63,061 bases of DNA, filler included, from Octopus bimaculoides (GCF_001194135.2; 6 parts of 6 records of this genome joined end to end with filler, not necessarily neighbours in it), one strand, 5' to 3'; positions 36,386-49,441 are shown, counted from the first letter of the whole stretch. Numbers and translations: made by a program. Notes: generated by a model from the letters alone, not told the origin.

Positions 36386-37759
36386 ACAAACGCGCGCGCG
36401 CACACACACACACACACATACACACACACACACAAGCAGATCAGACTGGAACACCTTTGAACATAGATCTGAACTTTTGAACTTGAGATATAAAAAAATT
36501 ACGACAACATATCAGACATATTCTTACATTTACATGAAATTTTGCAATGACTCACCTTCGGAAAGATGACAAAAATTGCTGAATCACTAAAGCCTGCCGT
36601 ACATTTTCTATAGTCTGCCTACATTTTTGCCTTCGAAGTCATCAGAGAACTTTTTCAACGACTGTTGTTAATCAATTTCCTGTTAAATGAAACAATTTGA
36701 TTTAGAAAATCTTTAAAGTGCTCTTTCTCTCTCGAATTCATGTCCGCAATTCTCATCAGGATGAGTGAACTATTTTTCAAAGAACGGATCCTTAAGTTAC
36801 TTTGAAAAAGCCTCGAATGTTGGAGTTTACTGAGTATTATTCCTCCATTATTAAATTTTAAAGTTTCAGTTAATTATTCGAGCAGCAAGCAACCTTTCCG
36901 TGTTTCTTTTCAGTCGCCGATTGTTAGTCATTTGGAAAGTGATGAATACGTTTCTTTCTTTTGCCGATGAATTGTTGGAGTTGTTTGTCATTACCCTTAA
37001 ACCAATTTGATAGTAAAGCATATTCCAAGAATACACGGTTGTCGAAAAATCAAATTCCATAAGAAACAATGAGATATTGAGCATGGTCTTCCTTTAAGTG
37101 TCCCTCTCCAGCTCAGAACAACAATTACAAAACTGAATTTCGAGGTTTCCAGAGCTTCTCAATTGTTCTTGTGGATGCAGTTTCCCACACAAGTTGGGAT
37201 GAAACGAATGGCACAATGTTTAGTACTCTTCTATTTAAGATGAGCAGGCTGTATCCTAAAAGGACTTCTCAAACTTGAATACTGCTGCTTAATAGCTACT
37301 TACTTTTATACGATAGTTGAGCGACTGAATCAAGTATTCACCAATTTCTTGACTAAGAGCTTCTAGTCATCTTTTGCCTGCTTCGACGCTTTTTCACGAT
37401 CGCCAAATGACTAATAAATTTTTTGCTCGTCTACAGGAGAATAACGCTTGCACATGTGTCTCTTTAGCGTGTATTTAATGTCGAACACATTGAGCAATAC
37501 AATACTGCACAGATGAACCAACTAAATCGAGTGTCATGGAAACGAAGAAGACTGAAGATTATGGACTTTATTTGTCTTCATAGCAGCTCCTGGAAACTGC
37601 TGATGCAGCCTCTAATACCGAATATCGTTTTCCTTCTTTGTTCATTGTCTCATCTCATCAGAGTGGAAAGCCCTCAGGAGGTTCTTAATGTCACAAGCTG
37701 GGCTTTCTTCAAATCTGTTAAAAGTGTTGCTGTAATAACAAGAACAACAACAATAACAA

Positions 37760-38217
37760 CAACAATGGTTTGAAATTTTGGGAGAAGGCCAGCAATTTCG
37801 AGGGAAGGGAGTAAGTTGATTACATCGACACCAGTGTTCATCTGGTACTTATTGTATCGAGCCCGAAACGATGAAAGGAAAAGTCTACCTTGGTGGAATT
37901 TGAACTTAGAACGTAAAGCCGGAAGATATGCCACTAAGCATAATGTTCTGTATGGCAACGATTCTATCAGCTCACTACCTCAATAATAATAATAATAATG
38001 GATTCAAATTTTCCCACAAGGGCAGCCATTTTGGGGGAGAAAATGTGTCGATTACATCGACCCCAATATTCAACTGGTACTTAATTTATCGATGAAAGGC
38101 AAAGGAGGAAAGGCAAAGTCGACCTCGGCTGAATTTGAACTCAGAACGTAGCGGCACACGAAATACCGCTAAGCGTTTTGTCCGGCGTGCTAACGATTAT
38201 GCCAGCTCGTCGCCTCT
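37760..38217 (-). mobile_element. Two tandem SINE family B copies separated by (AAT)n
   Basis: Family B body visible twice (about 37760-37980 and 38005-38217). Confidence 0.85.
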
Positions 38218-38218
38218 C

Positions 38219-38260
<42 letters not shown>

Positions 38261-38261
<1 letters not shown>

Positions 38262-38881
38262 TGCCAATACACACAGATAGAGAAATTAAGGCAAATAGAC
38301 CAGATATAGTTGTCAAAGATCATGAAGAAAAACAATGCTTTCTAATTGATGTATCAATACCAGCAGATGANNNNNNNNNNNNNNNNNNNNNNNNNNNNNN
38401 NNNNNNNNNNNNNNNNNNNNNNNNNNNNNNNNNNNNNNNNNNNNNNNNNNNNNNNNNNNNNNNNNNNNNNNNNNNNNNNNNNNNNNNNNNNNNNNNNNNN
38501 NNNNNNNNNNNNNNNNNNNNNNNNNNNNNNNNNNNNNNNNNNNNNNNNNNNNNNNNNNNNNNNNNNNNNNNNNNNNNNNNNNNNNNNNNNNNNNNNNNNN
38601 NNNNNNNNNNNNNNNNNNNNNNNNNNNNNNNNNNNNNNNNNNNNNNNNNNNNNNNNNNNNNNNNNNNNNNNNNNNNNNNNNNNNNNNNNNNNNNNNNNNN
38701 NNNNNNNTACAAATATATATAACACAGAAAATTGCACTACTGGGTACTGCACACATTCTACGCAAAACACTTTCAATACAGTAACCATAAGAGCATCACA
38801 GCAAACCACAGCACATACCCAAGGCGCACAGAGCTGCGCTCGGTAGTGAAGTGAAAGCACGTTATAAAAATAAAACTACTG
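38261..38881 (+). mobile_element. 5'-truncated R4/Dong-like LINE family 1 (endonuclease domain and 3' UTR); N gap inside
   Basis: MPIHTDREIKANRPDIVVKDHEEKQCFLIDVSIPAD (PD-D/ExK nuclease); ends ...LGTAHILRKTLSIQ*, then UTR to aaaactactg-(AAT)n. Confidence 0.9.
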
Positions 38882-38905
38882 AACAATAATAATAATAATC
38901 ATAAT

Positions 38906-39118
38906 CCTTTCTACTATAAGCACAAGGCCTGAAATTTTGGAATAGGGGGCCAGTCGATTAGATGAACCCAGTATGCAACTGGTACTTAATCTATCGACGC
39001 CAGAAAGGATGAAAGGTAAAGTCGACCTCGGCGAAATTTGGACTCAGAACATAAAGACAGACGAAATACCGCTAAGCTTTCTTCCCGGCATGCTAACGAT
39101 TCTGCCAGCTCATCGTCT
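38906..39118 (-). mobile_element. SINE family B, tail-to-tail with the Dong copy
   Basis: cctttctactataagcacaaggcctg...tctgccagctc. Confidence 0.9.
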
Positions 39119-39139
39119 TTCAATAATAACAACAACAAC

Positions 39140-39830
39140 AGGAAATATGCAGGTCGAACTGCACTATAAGACCTCCGCAATTGCAATGTACAGGTACTTA
39201 TCTAGTACAGAGGACTGGGTGTTGCGCCTTGTGTGCAAACACAAAGGCAACAAAACAAAATCACATTCTGTTGTCATTAACCTTGAATTGGATGAAGAAC
39301 ATGAAACCTCTTCCACCAAACAAGCAAAACGGATCAAACAGACTGCAAAAAAGAACAGTAGGAAACAAACTGAGGAGCGGTGGAACCAGAGGCCTCTGCA
39401 TGGACAGTATATACTTCGAAGTTGAAATGCTGATGTAGACCAAGCAACAACCCATCAGTTGCTGAGAGGTTCAGGACTGAAAGCAAGGACTGATGGTTTC
39501 ATATAGGCGGTACAAAATCAAAGCTTGCTCACCAGGCTAACGTTCTTCAAGCCGGTTCCAACCCTAAATGCAGATTCGGAGACACATTTGACGAAATAAA
39601 AAAACAACTCGTCTCAGGATAGCTTGCGGTGACACCAAACGAATACAAATACCGCCACAGTAGGGTAGGACAATATTTACATTCGAAAATGTGTAAGCAC
39701 TACAAAATCAGCTATGCAGAAATACCTACTCCAGAAGCAAGGGAAACCAATACAAATAGCCACAAAACACGAGAAAAACAAAAAACTGTTTTCAGTATTT
39801 AAGGAAGCTGACAAATACAAACAATAAATT
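39140..39830 (+). mobile_element. Degenerate R4/Dong-like fragment
   Basis: QVELHYKTSAIAMYRYL...WNQRPLHGQY...LLRGSGLKARTDGF. Confidence 0.75.
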
Positions 39831-39869
39831 ATAATAAATCATACTACCTAATAAATACGAAGAAGAAGA

Positions 39870-40830
39870 AGAAGAAGAAGAAGAAACAACAAAAGCTATA
39901 AAACAAAGGAAATCCAAACTAAAACTAGAACAGCAATGGGCCNNNNNNNNNNNNNNNNNNNNNNNNNNNNNNNNNNNNNNNNNNNNNNNNNNNNNNNNNN
40001 NNNNNNNNNNNNNNNNNNNNNNNNNNNNNNNNNNNNNNNNNNNNNNNNNNNNNNNNNNNNNNNNNNNNNNNNNNNNNNNNNNNNNNNNNNNNNNNNNNNN
40101 NNNNNNNNNNNNNNNNNNNNNNNNNNNNNNNNNNNNNNNNNNNNNNNNNNNNNNNNNNNNNNNNNNNNNNNNNNNNNNNNNNNNNNNNNNNNNNNNNNNN
40201 NNNNNNNNNNNNNNNNNNNNNNNNNNNNNNNNNNNNNNNNNNNNNNNNNNNNNNNNNNNNNNNNNNNNNNNNNNNNNNNNNNNNNNNNNNNNNNNNNNNN
40301 NNNNNNNNNNNNNNNNNNNNNNNNNNNNNNNNNNNNNNNNNNNNNNNNNNNNNNNNNNNNNNNNNNNNNNNNNNNNNNNNNNNNNNNNNNNNNNNNNNNN
40401 NNNNNNNNNNNNNNNNNNNNNNNNNNNNNNNNNNNNNNNNNNNNNNNNNNNNNNNNNNNNNNNNNNNNNNNNNNNNNNNNNNNNNNNNNNNNNNNNNNNN
40501 NNNNNNNNNNNNNNNNNNNNNNNNNNNNNNNNNNNNNNNNNNNNNNNNNNNNNNNNNNNNNNNNNNNNNNNNNNNNNNNNNNNNNNNNNNNNNNNNNNNN
40601 NNNNNNNNNNNNNNNNNNNNNNNNNNNNNNNNNNNNNNNNNNNNNNNNNNNNNNNNNNNNNNNNNNNNNNNNNNNNNNNNNNNNNNNNNNNNNNNNNNNN
40701 NNNNNNNNNNNNNNNNNNNNNNNNNNNNNNNCAATAACCATAAGAGCACCACAGCAAACCACAGCACATACCCAAGGCACACAGAGCTACGCTCGGTAGT
40801 GAATTGAAAGCACGTTATAAAAATAAACTA

Positions 40831-40833
<3 letters not shown>
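39870..40833 (+). mobile_element. R4/Dong-like family 1 copy, mostly N gap
   Basis: KSKLKLEQQW before the gap; after it the UTR is near-identical to 38780-38881. Confidence 0.75.
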
Positions 40834-40872
<39 letters not shown>

Positions 40873-41087
40873 CCTTTCTACTGAAGGCACAAGGTCTTGA
40901 AATTTTGGGTGAGGGGACTAGTCGACTACACCAACCCCACTGTTTCACTGGTACTTAATTTATTAACCTCGAAGGAATGAAAGGCAAAGTCGATCTCGGC
41001 GGGATTTGAACTCAGAACGTAAAGACTGACGAAATACTGCTAAGCATATTGTCCGGCGTGGCAATGATTGTATCAGCGCACTACCTC
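40873..41087 (-). mobile_element. SINE family B
   Basis: Full family B body after (AAT)n. Confidence 0.88.
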
Positions 41088-41859
41088 AATGATAATAATA
41101 ATACGTTTTTTCTTGTTCATTTCCGTGAATGTGACTGTGGTTGTTGCTGCATTCGTTTGCTGTAGCGGTGGTGGTAGTTGCGGTGGGGCAATGTAAACAT
41201 CTATCCAACACACTGACATTGTTGTTACTGTTAACTGAGCTACAGACTTTGCAGGTATTTGACTTAAATATGAAACGTGGAAATTATTCCTTAGAGCTGG
41301 GAAAGCTTCCGTCATTCTGCTCGCTCTTTACATTCTCGTTCTTCTGGCTACTATTGTAATTCCTGCTGCTCTCATTATTACTATTTTATTATTGCTGCTG
41401 TTGTGGCTAATATTGTTGTTGCTACTTTTTCAGTTGTTCCTGTGGTTGTAATTTTGTTTTTATCGTAATACAAAGTTTTCTCAGCTTAATTTTCGAAGCG
41501 AGAAACGCTGGTTACTTTTTCTTTCTCCACTTTCATTCTGTCTTTTATGCATTCTGGTCTTATGTTTTTGCAATGCAAATTCTCTCTCGAACATTACTAT
41601 TAAGCTGTCGTTTGCTATTTTAAAAATTTTAGAGTCAAAAATCGATGCAGAACAAATTCCAAATGAAAACCACGCAGATTTCCCGGAGGGAAATCCTACA
41701 ATGAAATTATACACACCAAGACCTAACTGGCCTCCTCCAGGATTCGATTATTCAAAAATATTTACAAAATATTCAAAGTTCTTCAGGTTAAAGGGATCAA
41801 TATTCTGTGAAAAATTCTCAGAGTCGAAGTTGAGCGTGACTTGCAGGTATAGTAGCAGC

Positions 41860-41907
<48 letters not shown>

Positions 41908-41909
<2 letters not shown>

Positions 41910-41973
41910 CCCAAGGCGCACAGGGCTGCGCTCGGTAGTGAAGTGAAAGCACGTTATAAAAATAAAACTACTG
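41908..41973 (+). mobile_element. 66-bp R4/Dong family 1 3' tip inside (AAT)n
   Basis: cccaaggcgcacagggctgcgctcggtagtgaagtgaaagcacgttataaaaataaaactactg. Confidence 0.85.
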
Positions 41974-41991
41974 AACAATAATAATAATAAT

Positions 41992-42118
41992 CCTTCTACG
42001 CTAGGCAAAAGGCCTGAAGTTTGGGAGAGGGGGAATTTGAACTCAGAACGCAAGGACTGACGAAATGCTGCTAAGCATTTTGCCCGGAGTGCTAACGATT
42101 CTGTCAACTCGCTGCCTC
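41992..42118 (-). mobile_element. Internally deleted SINE family B
   Basis: Tail and head present, middle missing. Confidence 0.8.
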
Positions 42119-42160
<42 letters not shown>

Positions 42161-44480
42161 TTCTTTATTGGCCACAAGGGCCGAACACAAAAACACAGAG
42201 ACAATGCAAAAGAAAAAAACCCAAAAACAGTTGGATTTTAANNNNNNNNNNNNNNNNNNNNNNNNNNNNNNNNNNNNNNNNNNNNNNNNNNNNNNNNNNN
42301 NNNNNNNNNNNNNNNNNNNNNNNNNNNNNNNNNNNNNNNNNNNNNNNNNNNNNNNNNNNNNNNNNNNNNNNNNNNNNNNNNNNNNNNNNNNNNNNNNNNN
42401 NNNNNNNNNNNNNNGCACACCAGGTATGCACCCATCTTCCCCTCAACTGCTCCGACTTACAGACGAATATTCAGAGGAGGCCCTTTCACGCGAGCCATGT
42501 TCGGAACATTCACCCACCTTTTAACAAACTTACTGGAGGGCAGTACTTCCCTCTCTACCCTTACTTTCCTTTTTAAGTAGAACTTGAAAAAGTCGATGAG
42601 GGATTGACCGAAGAGGAAAGTATCTGTCTTCAGTCCTTTCAGTCTCGTTCACCACACTACCTCTTTCGCTACAGCAGCCAGGCATAGGAATCTGCCTTTC
42701 CCTTCCGGCCAAAAGAAGGCGGCGGAGCGTTCCGTCCTACACGTAACCACAGCTCTGTTCGCCAAAGCTCCACAAGTCAGTAATGTACGGAAACTAGATG
42801 AGTGCATGCAAAACGGTTTCAGCGCCCAGCGCACACCTCGCAAATGACCGTCTGACAGCACTTCCGTATCTTTAAAGCTTGTCTCGAACCGACAGAGTTT
42901 CTCGGTAGCACTGCCAGGCCAGGGATTTCTGGAAGTTATCTATAGACCCCAGCCCGAAAGTCCTCCGGAAAAGACCAGTTAGTTGATTCCTCTCAACGTC
43001 CAGAGTTTCCCCGGGTACGGCGTCACTCTTTTCCTGCACTAATTCCCTTTAGAACTCCATGGTGGAACTTCCACCGACCGCGTTGCCCGACTGGGAAAAA
43101 AACTGTGAGCGCTTGCCAACACTCTAGGTGCCATGCACCCTTTCTAGGCTTGCGCTTGACCCAGGAGTGTAGCTTCGTCAATGAAAGGAGCTGTGAAAAG
43201 TCGCGTTTGACGAACGTCCCTTCTGCAGAAAGCAGAAGAGCAAGCGCTCCAACTTTATCAGGCACGAAGTGGGGCAAGGGACGACGGTCAGGCGGTAGTA
43301 GATGACGGAAGCGATGTACGCATTCGTCACCTCCGCTCGACCCTTCAAGGACTGCTCCCTCTCTGCCCATTTCTGGGTGAGATTAGCTACTTTGCTCGTC
43401 AGTTCCCCCCAGTACTTGTCTAGCTGGAGGTCTTGACGAAACCAGACCCCAAGCAATTTAACTGGTCCTCCCGTCCAGCGCCCTTCGATGCTGTCGGTTG
43501 GCATGGATCTGCCTCCCCAGGTGCTGAGCTGCAGGACCACCGACTTCTCCTGGTTGATCTTTCCTCCTGTCACCACTTCGTACTCCCTTAAGCAGTTCTG
43601 ATCACCTCGATTTCCGAGGTGACCGACATTATTACGGTGAGGTCGTCCGCGTAAGCTGTCACGAACCTTCCGCATCCTAGATCACGCGGGATGCCCCTTG
43701 AAACACCTAGCTTCTGCAGCAATGGCTGGAAAGCCAGTACATACAGAAGAGGCGGGAGTGGGCATCCTTGACGGATCGAACGATGCTAAACGATTCCGAT
43801 AGGTGACCATTTACTTTGACCACCGAACAGATGTCGCGGTACATTGCAGCAATCCAGCCTCTGAAAACAGAACCGAAACCCGCTGCCGCGAGAACAGTCT
43901 CCGAGTGTTGGTGGTCGAACCTATCAAAAACTTTCAGCGGATCCAAATTGATCAGGGCACCACCCATGCCGGGTTCCTTACCCATCCTATCTGTGTTGTA
44001 GCGCGTGAGGTGGAGGTTGTCGCAGATGTTATGCATGGGATAGTGCATGTCTGCGCGTCACCGACCAAATTATCGACGACAAGCGCCAACATCTTGGCTA
44101 ACACCTTGGTCAAAATATTATAATCTCCATTCAGCAGAGTTATAAGCCTGAGATTATCAATTTTGTCCCCCTTGTTGGATCTTTCCTCAACGGCACCACG
44201 ACTCCATGGCTCACGACACTGGGAATTCTCCCGTTCTGCAGCAAGTTGTGGTAGACGTGCTTGGCATTGAAGAATTGATCAAAGGCCAATCTCGTCACCT
44301 GCACGTCGGTCACTGTACCTTTCCGAAGCGCCTCTTCTAGCTTCCTAACTAGATCTCCCTCTATCCTAGATTCATCTAATGTTATTTCCATACTAAAACC
44401 TACCGCCTCTACTCTAATAGCTCTTTTCTGGCTGTTGATGATTGAGCCTGCCAACTCTCGATGTACTAACTTTCTAACAC
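42161..44480 (-). mobile_element. Tx1-clade (L1 group) LINE, ORF2 remnant with 3' end and (ATT)n tail
   Basis: NGRIP...GVVVPLRKDP; INLDPLKVFDRFDH; EVVTGGKINQEKS...VKLLGVWF...SLKGRAEVTNAYIASVIYYRLTVVPCP; AATAAA at 42164-42169 (minus) before (ATT)n. Confidence 0.88.
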
Positions 44481-44489
44481 GGTTTCTGA

Positions 44490-44850
44490 GGTCAATAACA
44501 TCGACCCCAGTGCTCAACTAATACTTAATTTATCAACTCTGGAAGGATGATAGGCAAAATTCAGAACATAAAGAACTGGAAGATATGTTGCAAAGCATTT
44601 TGTCCGGCGAAGTAACGATTCTGTCAACTTGCCGCCCTAGGACTAATAATAACGGATTAAAATTGTGGTGAAAGGTCAGCAATTTCGGTAGAGGAATAAG
44701 TTTATTACATAGACTCCATTGTTCAACTGGTACTGCTGTGATCGACCCCAAAAGGATAAAAGAGAAATTCGACCTCGGCGCAATTTGAACTTACAACGTG
44801 AAGAGCCGTAATAAATGCTGCTAAGCATATTGTCCGACTCGCTAGCGATT
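44490..44850 (-). mobile_element. Two SINE family B copies between the Tx1 copies
   Basis: Family B bodies at about 44490-44637 and 44660-44850. Confidence 0.8.
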
Positions 44851-44884
44851 CCACCTACTGCAATGACTGATAGTAACTATTATA

Positions 44885-46560
44885 CTTTCTTCATTGTTCA
44901 GGGCCTCAGAAACATTTAAAACACTACAAAGACAAAGGGCAGCAGGGATTTACATAAACACCCGAAAACAACAAAAACAATAACAGTTATCAAGAAACTT
45001 ACAATAGCAAACTTTCCCAGCAGTGGAACTCCAATGATTCTGGGTCATTCTGACTGCCAAGATCACCATTGGGAAGCACCCCACTTTCACTAATTCTAAT
45101 CACTCTACAGATACCAGCTTATAGTAAGCCCCTCCACTCGGGCTATCCTCGCTACATTATCCACCTCACACTTAACCCGTACCTTTCTTTTCAAACGGAA
45201 ATTAAAAGGAGTCAATAATGGCTTCGCTGTCACTGTTTCGTAATCTCTCAGAGTAGTGCTGATCACCACGATGTGTTTGGTGATCGGCACTATTTAGATG
45301 AAATCATCCGCATGTGCTGACACAACTCGTTCACATCCTAGTTCACGTGGGACGTCCCTCGAAACCTCTAACTTCTACAGTACGCATAGAAGAGGTGGCA
45401 AGGATAGCCTTGACGGACGGAATGCATGATGTTGAACGATTTTGATAGATGGCCATCTACTCTCATTATCGAGTAAATACCGCTGTACATAGCAGCGATC
45501 CAATTTCTGGAGACGGGACCGAAATCAGTCACTATGAGGACAACCACCAAATATTAATGGTCAATCCTATACAAAACTTTCAACTGATCTAAATTGGTTT
45601 GGGCGCTGTCCATGTCAGGTTCTTTACCCACTCTTTGTATGATGTATCGTATGAAGTGGAGGTTGTTGTGGATAGATCTTTTTGGAGTAGCACGTGTCTG
45701 AGCCTTATCTACCACAGTATCGACAACATGCATCAACAACATAGCTAAGATCTTGATCAGAATCTTCATTTCTGCATTTAGCAGAGTTACACGCTTAAAG
45801 TTGTTGAAATCATTCCCGTTGTTCGGGTCATTTCTAAGTAACACCACCGCATTTCGTTTGGCCGGATTGGGAATTCTCCCATCCTTCTTGCAGTTGCAGT
45901 AGACATCTGCCAAGAAGCCCCTCGAATAAGTTTGGTATATGAAAATAATGTCCGTAGGGCAGGCCATCCAACTTTGGAAACTTATCCCTTGTGCAGCAGG
46001 ACTTCGCTTCCTGTATTTCGTCAGCTATCATCGGCCTTTCGCTGAACTACACTTTCCTATCCGAGAGCCGCAATAGATTGTGAACGTAGGCGTTAAAGTC
46101 CACGCCTGGCTCCGAGCTGCACGCGTCCCAAATAGTTGAGTGAAGTGCTACGGTAAAAACTTCGCACATCTGCTTGGAACTGAGTTGTACGCACTCCTCG
46201 CAGCCCACCAAAGACCAAATTGTGATACTGTTGCTTCGTTGAGCCTCTTTCACCGTTGTTACCGAACAGTTTTCGTTCGCCCCATGATTTGGAGCATGCA
46301 CTCTAGCTCTGACAACTCAGCCTTCGTGCTTCGCACTGAAGAATTAGTCGAGGACCAATCTCGCTGCCAACACGTCAATCGCAATGTCTCTCCTAAACGC
46401 ATCTTCTAGGTTCCTAACTATTTCTCCTTTTATTTTAAAATTCTCTGTCACTATTTCCTTACTAAACCTTAGTGTCTCTAATGTAATAGCTCATTCCTTC
46501 TCTCTCTCTCATTTTAACTAGTCTTTTCAACCATTCGACTGATTAGCAGAGGTCTTGTAT
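44885..46560 (-). mobile_element. Second, more degenerate and internally deleted Tx1-clade LINE
   Basis: KFPKLDGLPY; FKRVTLLNAEMKILIKILA...RSIHNNLHFIRYII; FGPVSRNWIAAMYSGI...SVRQGYP; 3' end ggccctgaacaatgaagaa. Confidence 0.85.
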
Positions 46561-46989
46561 TCAAAACTAGTTTGAGAGTTTTAGTTGTATTTCACATTTT
46601 CTAAAGTTTTTAAGAAAAAAATAAACATGAAAAAATTTTCTAGAGTAAAATGGCAGTTGTGGACTCAACAAGAGCTTAGGTTATATTTTGCAACACACAG
46701 ACATGATAAACAGAAGCAAGGTAATATAAGTTGAATACTCCGAATCTATCTATCTATTTATCTATCTATCTGTCTGTTTTCTTTCTTTCTTTCCTTCCTT
46801 CTTTCTTTCTTTCTGTCTGTCTGTCTGTCTTTCTTTCTTTCTTTCATTCTTTCTTTCTCTCGTTCTTTCACTCCTTTATGACGATACTGATTTGCGTGGG
46901 TGGAGTTGAATATATATATATATATATNNNNNNNNNNTTTCTCTCGTTCTTTCACTCCTTTATGACGATACTGATTTGCGTGGGTGGAG

Positions 46990-47029
<40 letters not shown>

Positions 47030-48720
47030 AAAAAAACTGTTCGATACATTTCTGGCTTTTGTGAAGTTATTATCTGATCTATTGTATCTGAAGAATGATA
47101 GTCATTGAGCAACCGTTACCTAAATCATATCGTTACTGATGTGTACGCTTAATTAACGCTATTACACGCCTACAATAGTGCCTCAGTAAAGCTTTCATTA
47201 GTTGCTCCTCCTTTTCACAAATCCCATCATCACTAAACCACCACCATACACTCACCACGTCACCATCAGGAGCTTATAATCATTACAATCGCCAATATTT
47301 CAGCCACCGACCACTACATCACCACAACACCACCAACACCACCAACGCCATCATCACACATTACGAACATTTCCACTAGGGAAATTACAAGAGCAGCACT
47401 TACCTCAACCACCATAACCAAATAATCACTACAATGGTCATTACCAGTCATTACCAGTCCATTATTTTGCTTACATTTTCATGATTATTTTCTCCAGCCT
47501 GCTTGGCGATACTATCGCTGTTCATTCCCCAATTTCATTTCATTTCTATATGTTCAACAACGGCTGATACATAATTTGGAGAAAAAAATTTAAAATTTGA
47601 ATCAACTTCTTTGATAAAATAAACATTGATCAGGAGCTGTCCCGATGAGTTATAACTATACTGAAAGTGTGCTTACAGATCACGCAAAAAACAAAACAAA
47701 ATCAATATATGATATTTAATTTACATTTGAACCTTTACGCAAAACTTTACACTGAAGATGAAAAGAAGGGAGGGAAAAATTCTTAATGAAAATAGGATAC
47801 TGAATATTATACTTCAACAGGATTCGAACCTGCACCAACGATGTGTGCCTGATTTGAGGCAATATCGATTTTTCTTGCTTCTCTTTGTCTCTCACCCTCT
47901 CTCTCTTGTCCCTTTTCCCTTGTTTTATTATGATTTTCTCCCTTTCACTTATGTGCTTTACGCTTTATATTCTGACACGTACATACACACCTCTGTTGTG
48001 TTGCCCTTCTACGTGTCCTATTAATTTTCTTCTCTCACAGAGACACAAAAAGAATTTCTTTTTTGCCCTAGTATCTGTATATATAAAATCTGTATATATA
48101 AAAGGCAGGATGTGTGTGTGCGTGTGTGTGTGCGTGTGTGTGTGTGTGTACGTGAATGTAATTTATGCACGTCCACAAATTAGCACGCATGTCGCTCCAA
48201 TTTTAGGAGGACATTCGTCATGACCCTATCTGCATTTTCGTCAACTTTTTCTCTCAGAGGCACCCGCGTATAGCTGTAAAAGTCGATTTTCAACCATAAC
48301 TTTTACCAATTTTGAAGTTTGCTAGCATGGCGAAGTGAAAGTGTGCGTATGCACGTGAAGGAGAAAGAGAAATTGTGTGTTGATGTATGTGTGTGTGTGA
48401 GAGGGGGAGTGAGGGAGAGCGAGGGAGAGCGAGGGAGAGATAGAGATTGTTTGCCAGCGTCTAACAAAAAAAAGGAAAGAAAAAGTGGGAGAGGGAGACA
48501 GAAAGCGTCTAACGAAAGAAAAGGTAGGTAAGGAAGACAGAGTAAGTGTAAAATGTAAAATGCTTTTTTCTTCTTAAACATGGGATAAAGACACTATTTT
48601 ATAATGAGATTATATATACTTTCTCACACAACAATTAAAATATATTTATTTTAAATCATTTATTTATTTTAAATCGTTCATCTTTCTCCCCCCCTCTCAC
48701 TCTCTCTCTCACACACATAC

Positions 48721-48820
48721 NNNNNNNNNNNNNNNNNNNNNNNNNNNNNNNNNNNNNNNNNNNNTTAATTAATTAANNNNNNNNNNNNNNNNNNNNNNNN
48801 NNNNNNNNNNNNNNNNNNNN
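48721..48820. other. Synthetic scaffold spacer N44-TTAATTAATTAA-N44
   Basis: Core at 48765-48776. Confidence 0.97.
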
Positions 48821-48921
48821 TATATATATATGTATGTATATGTATGTGTGTATATAAGCATACATATCTTCGTATATATATATTGTATATATATAGACAT
48901 ATACACACACGCACACACACA

Positions 48922-48963
<42 letters not shown>

Positions 48964-49441
48964 TACATATACATATGTAATATACACATGTATGTGTATA
49001 AGTAATCAGCATATCAGCACAGTTTAAACTGTTAGATGAATAAATAAATAAATAAATAAATAGTGACAAGGAAACAAAAACGACAACAGCAATGAGAGCA
49101 ACAACAAATACAATGGGAATTCTATTACACCGCCAGCTTATTTTTTATATCCGATTCAGAAAAAAAGGGAAGAAACAGGAGAAAGAAAGAAGATATACAA
49201 AAAAATTAAACAAAGTATATTACTGAACAAACAAATAAATAAACGTAATATGTTATAAAATGATTCCAAATAAAATATTATTACTGCTGGGAGGCGCATG
49301 CGTATGATTGTGTGTCTGTATGATTGTGTGTGTCTCTATGTTTGCGTGTATTTAATAAATGTTTTTCTAAGAGGTTTTATTATTATTTTTGTTCGTCGCC
49401 ATATTTCATGGCAATCTAATATAATAAGAATCGAAATATAC

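Noticed and set aside
36700-37700. Hints of a decayed Gypsy gag (CGKLHPQEQ knuckle-like) on the minus strand
   Set aside because: Motifs are fragmentary and not in the expected order; no LTR or pol nearby.
46850-47025. Identical ~75-bp sequence on both sides of a 10-N gap
   Set aside because: Looks like unmerged overlapping contig ends.
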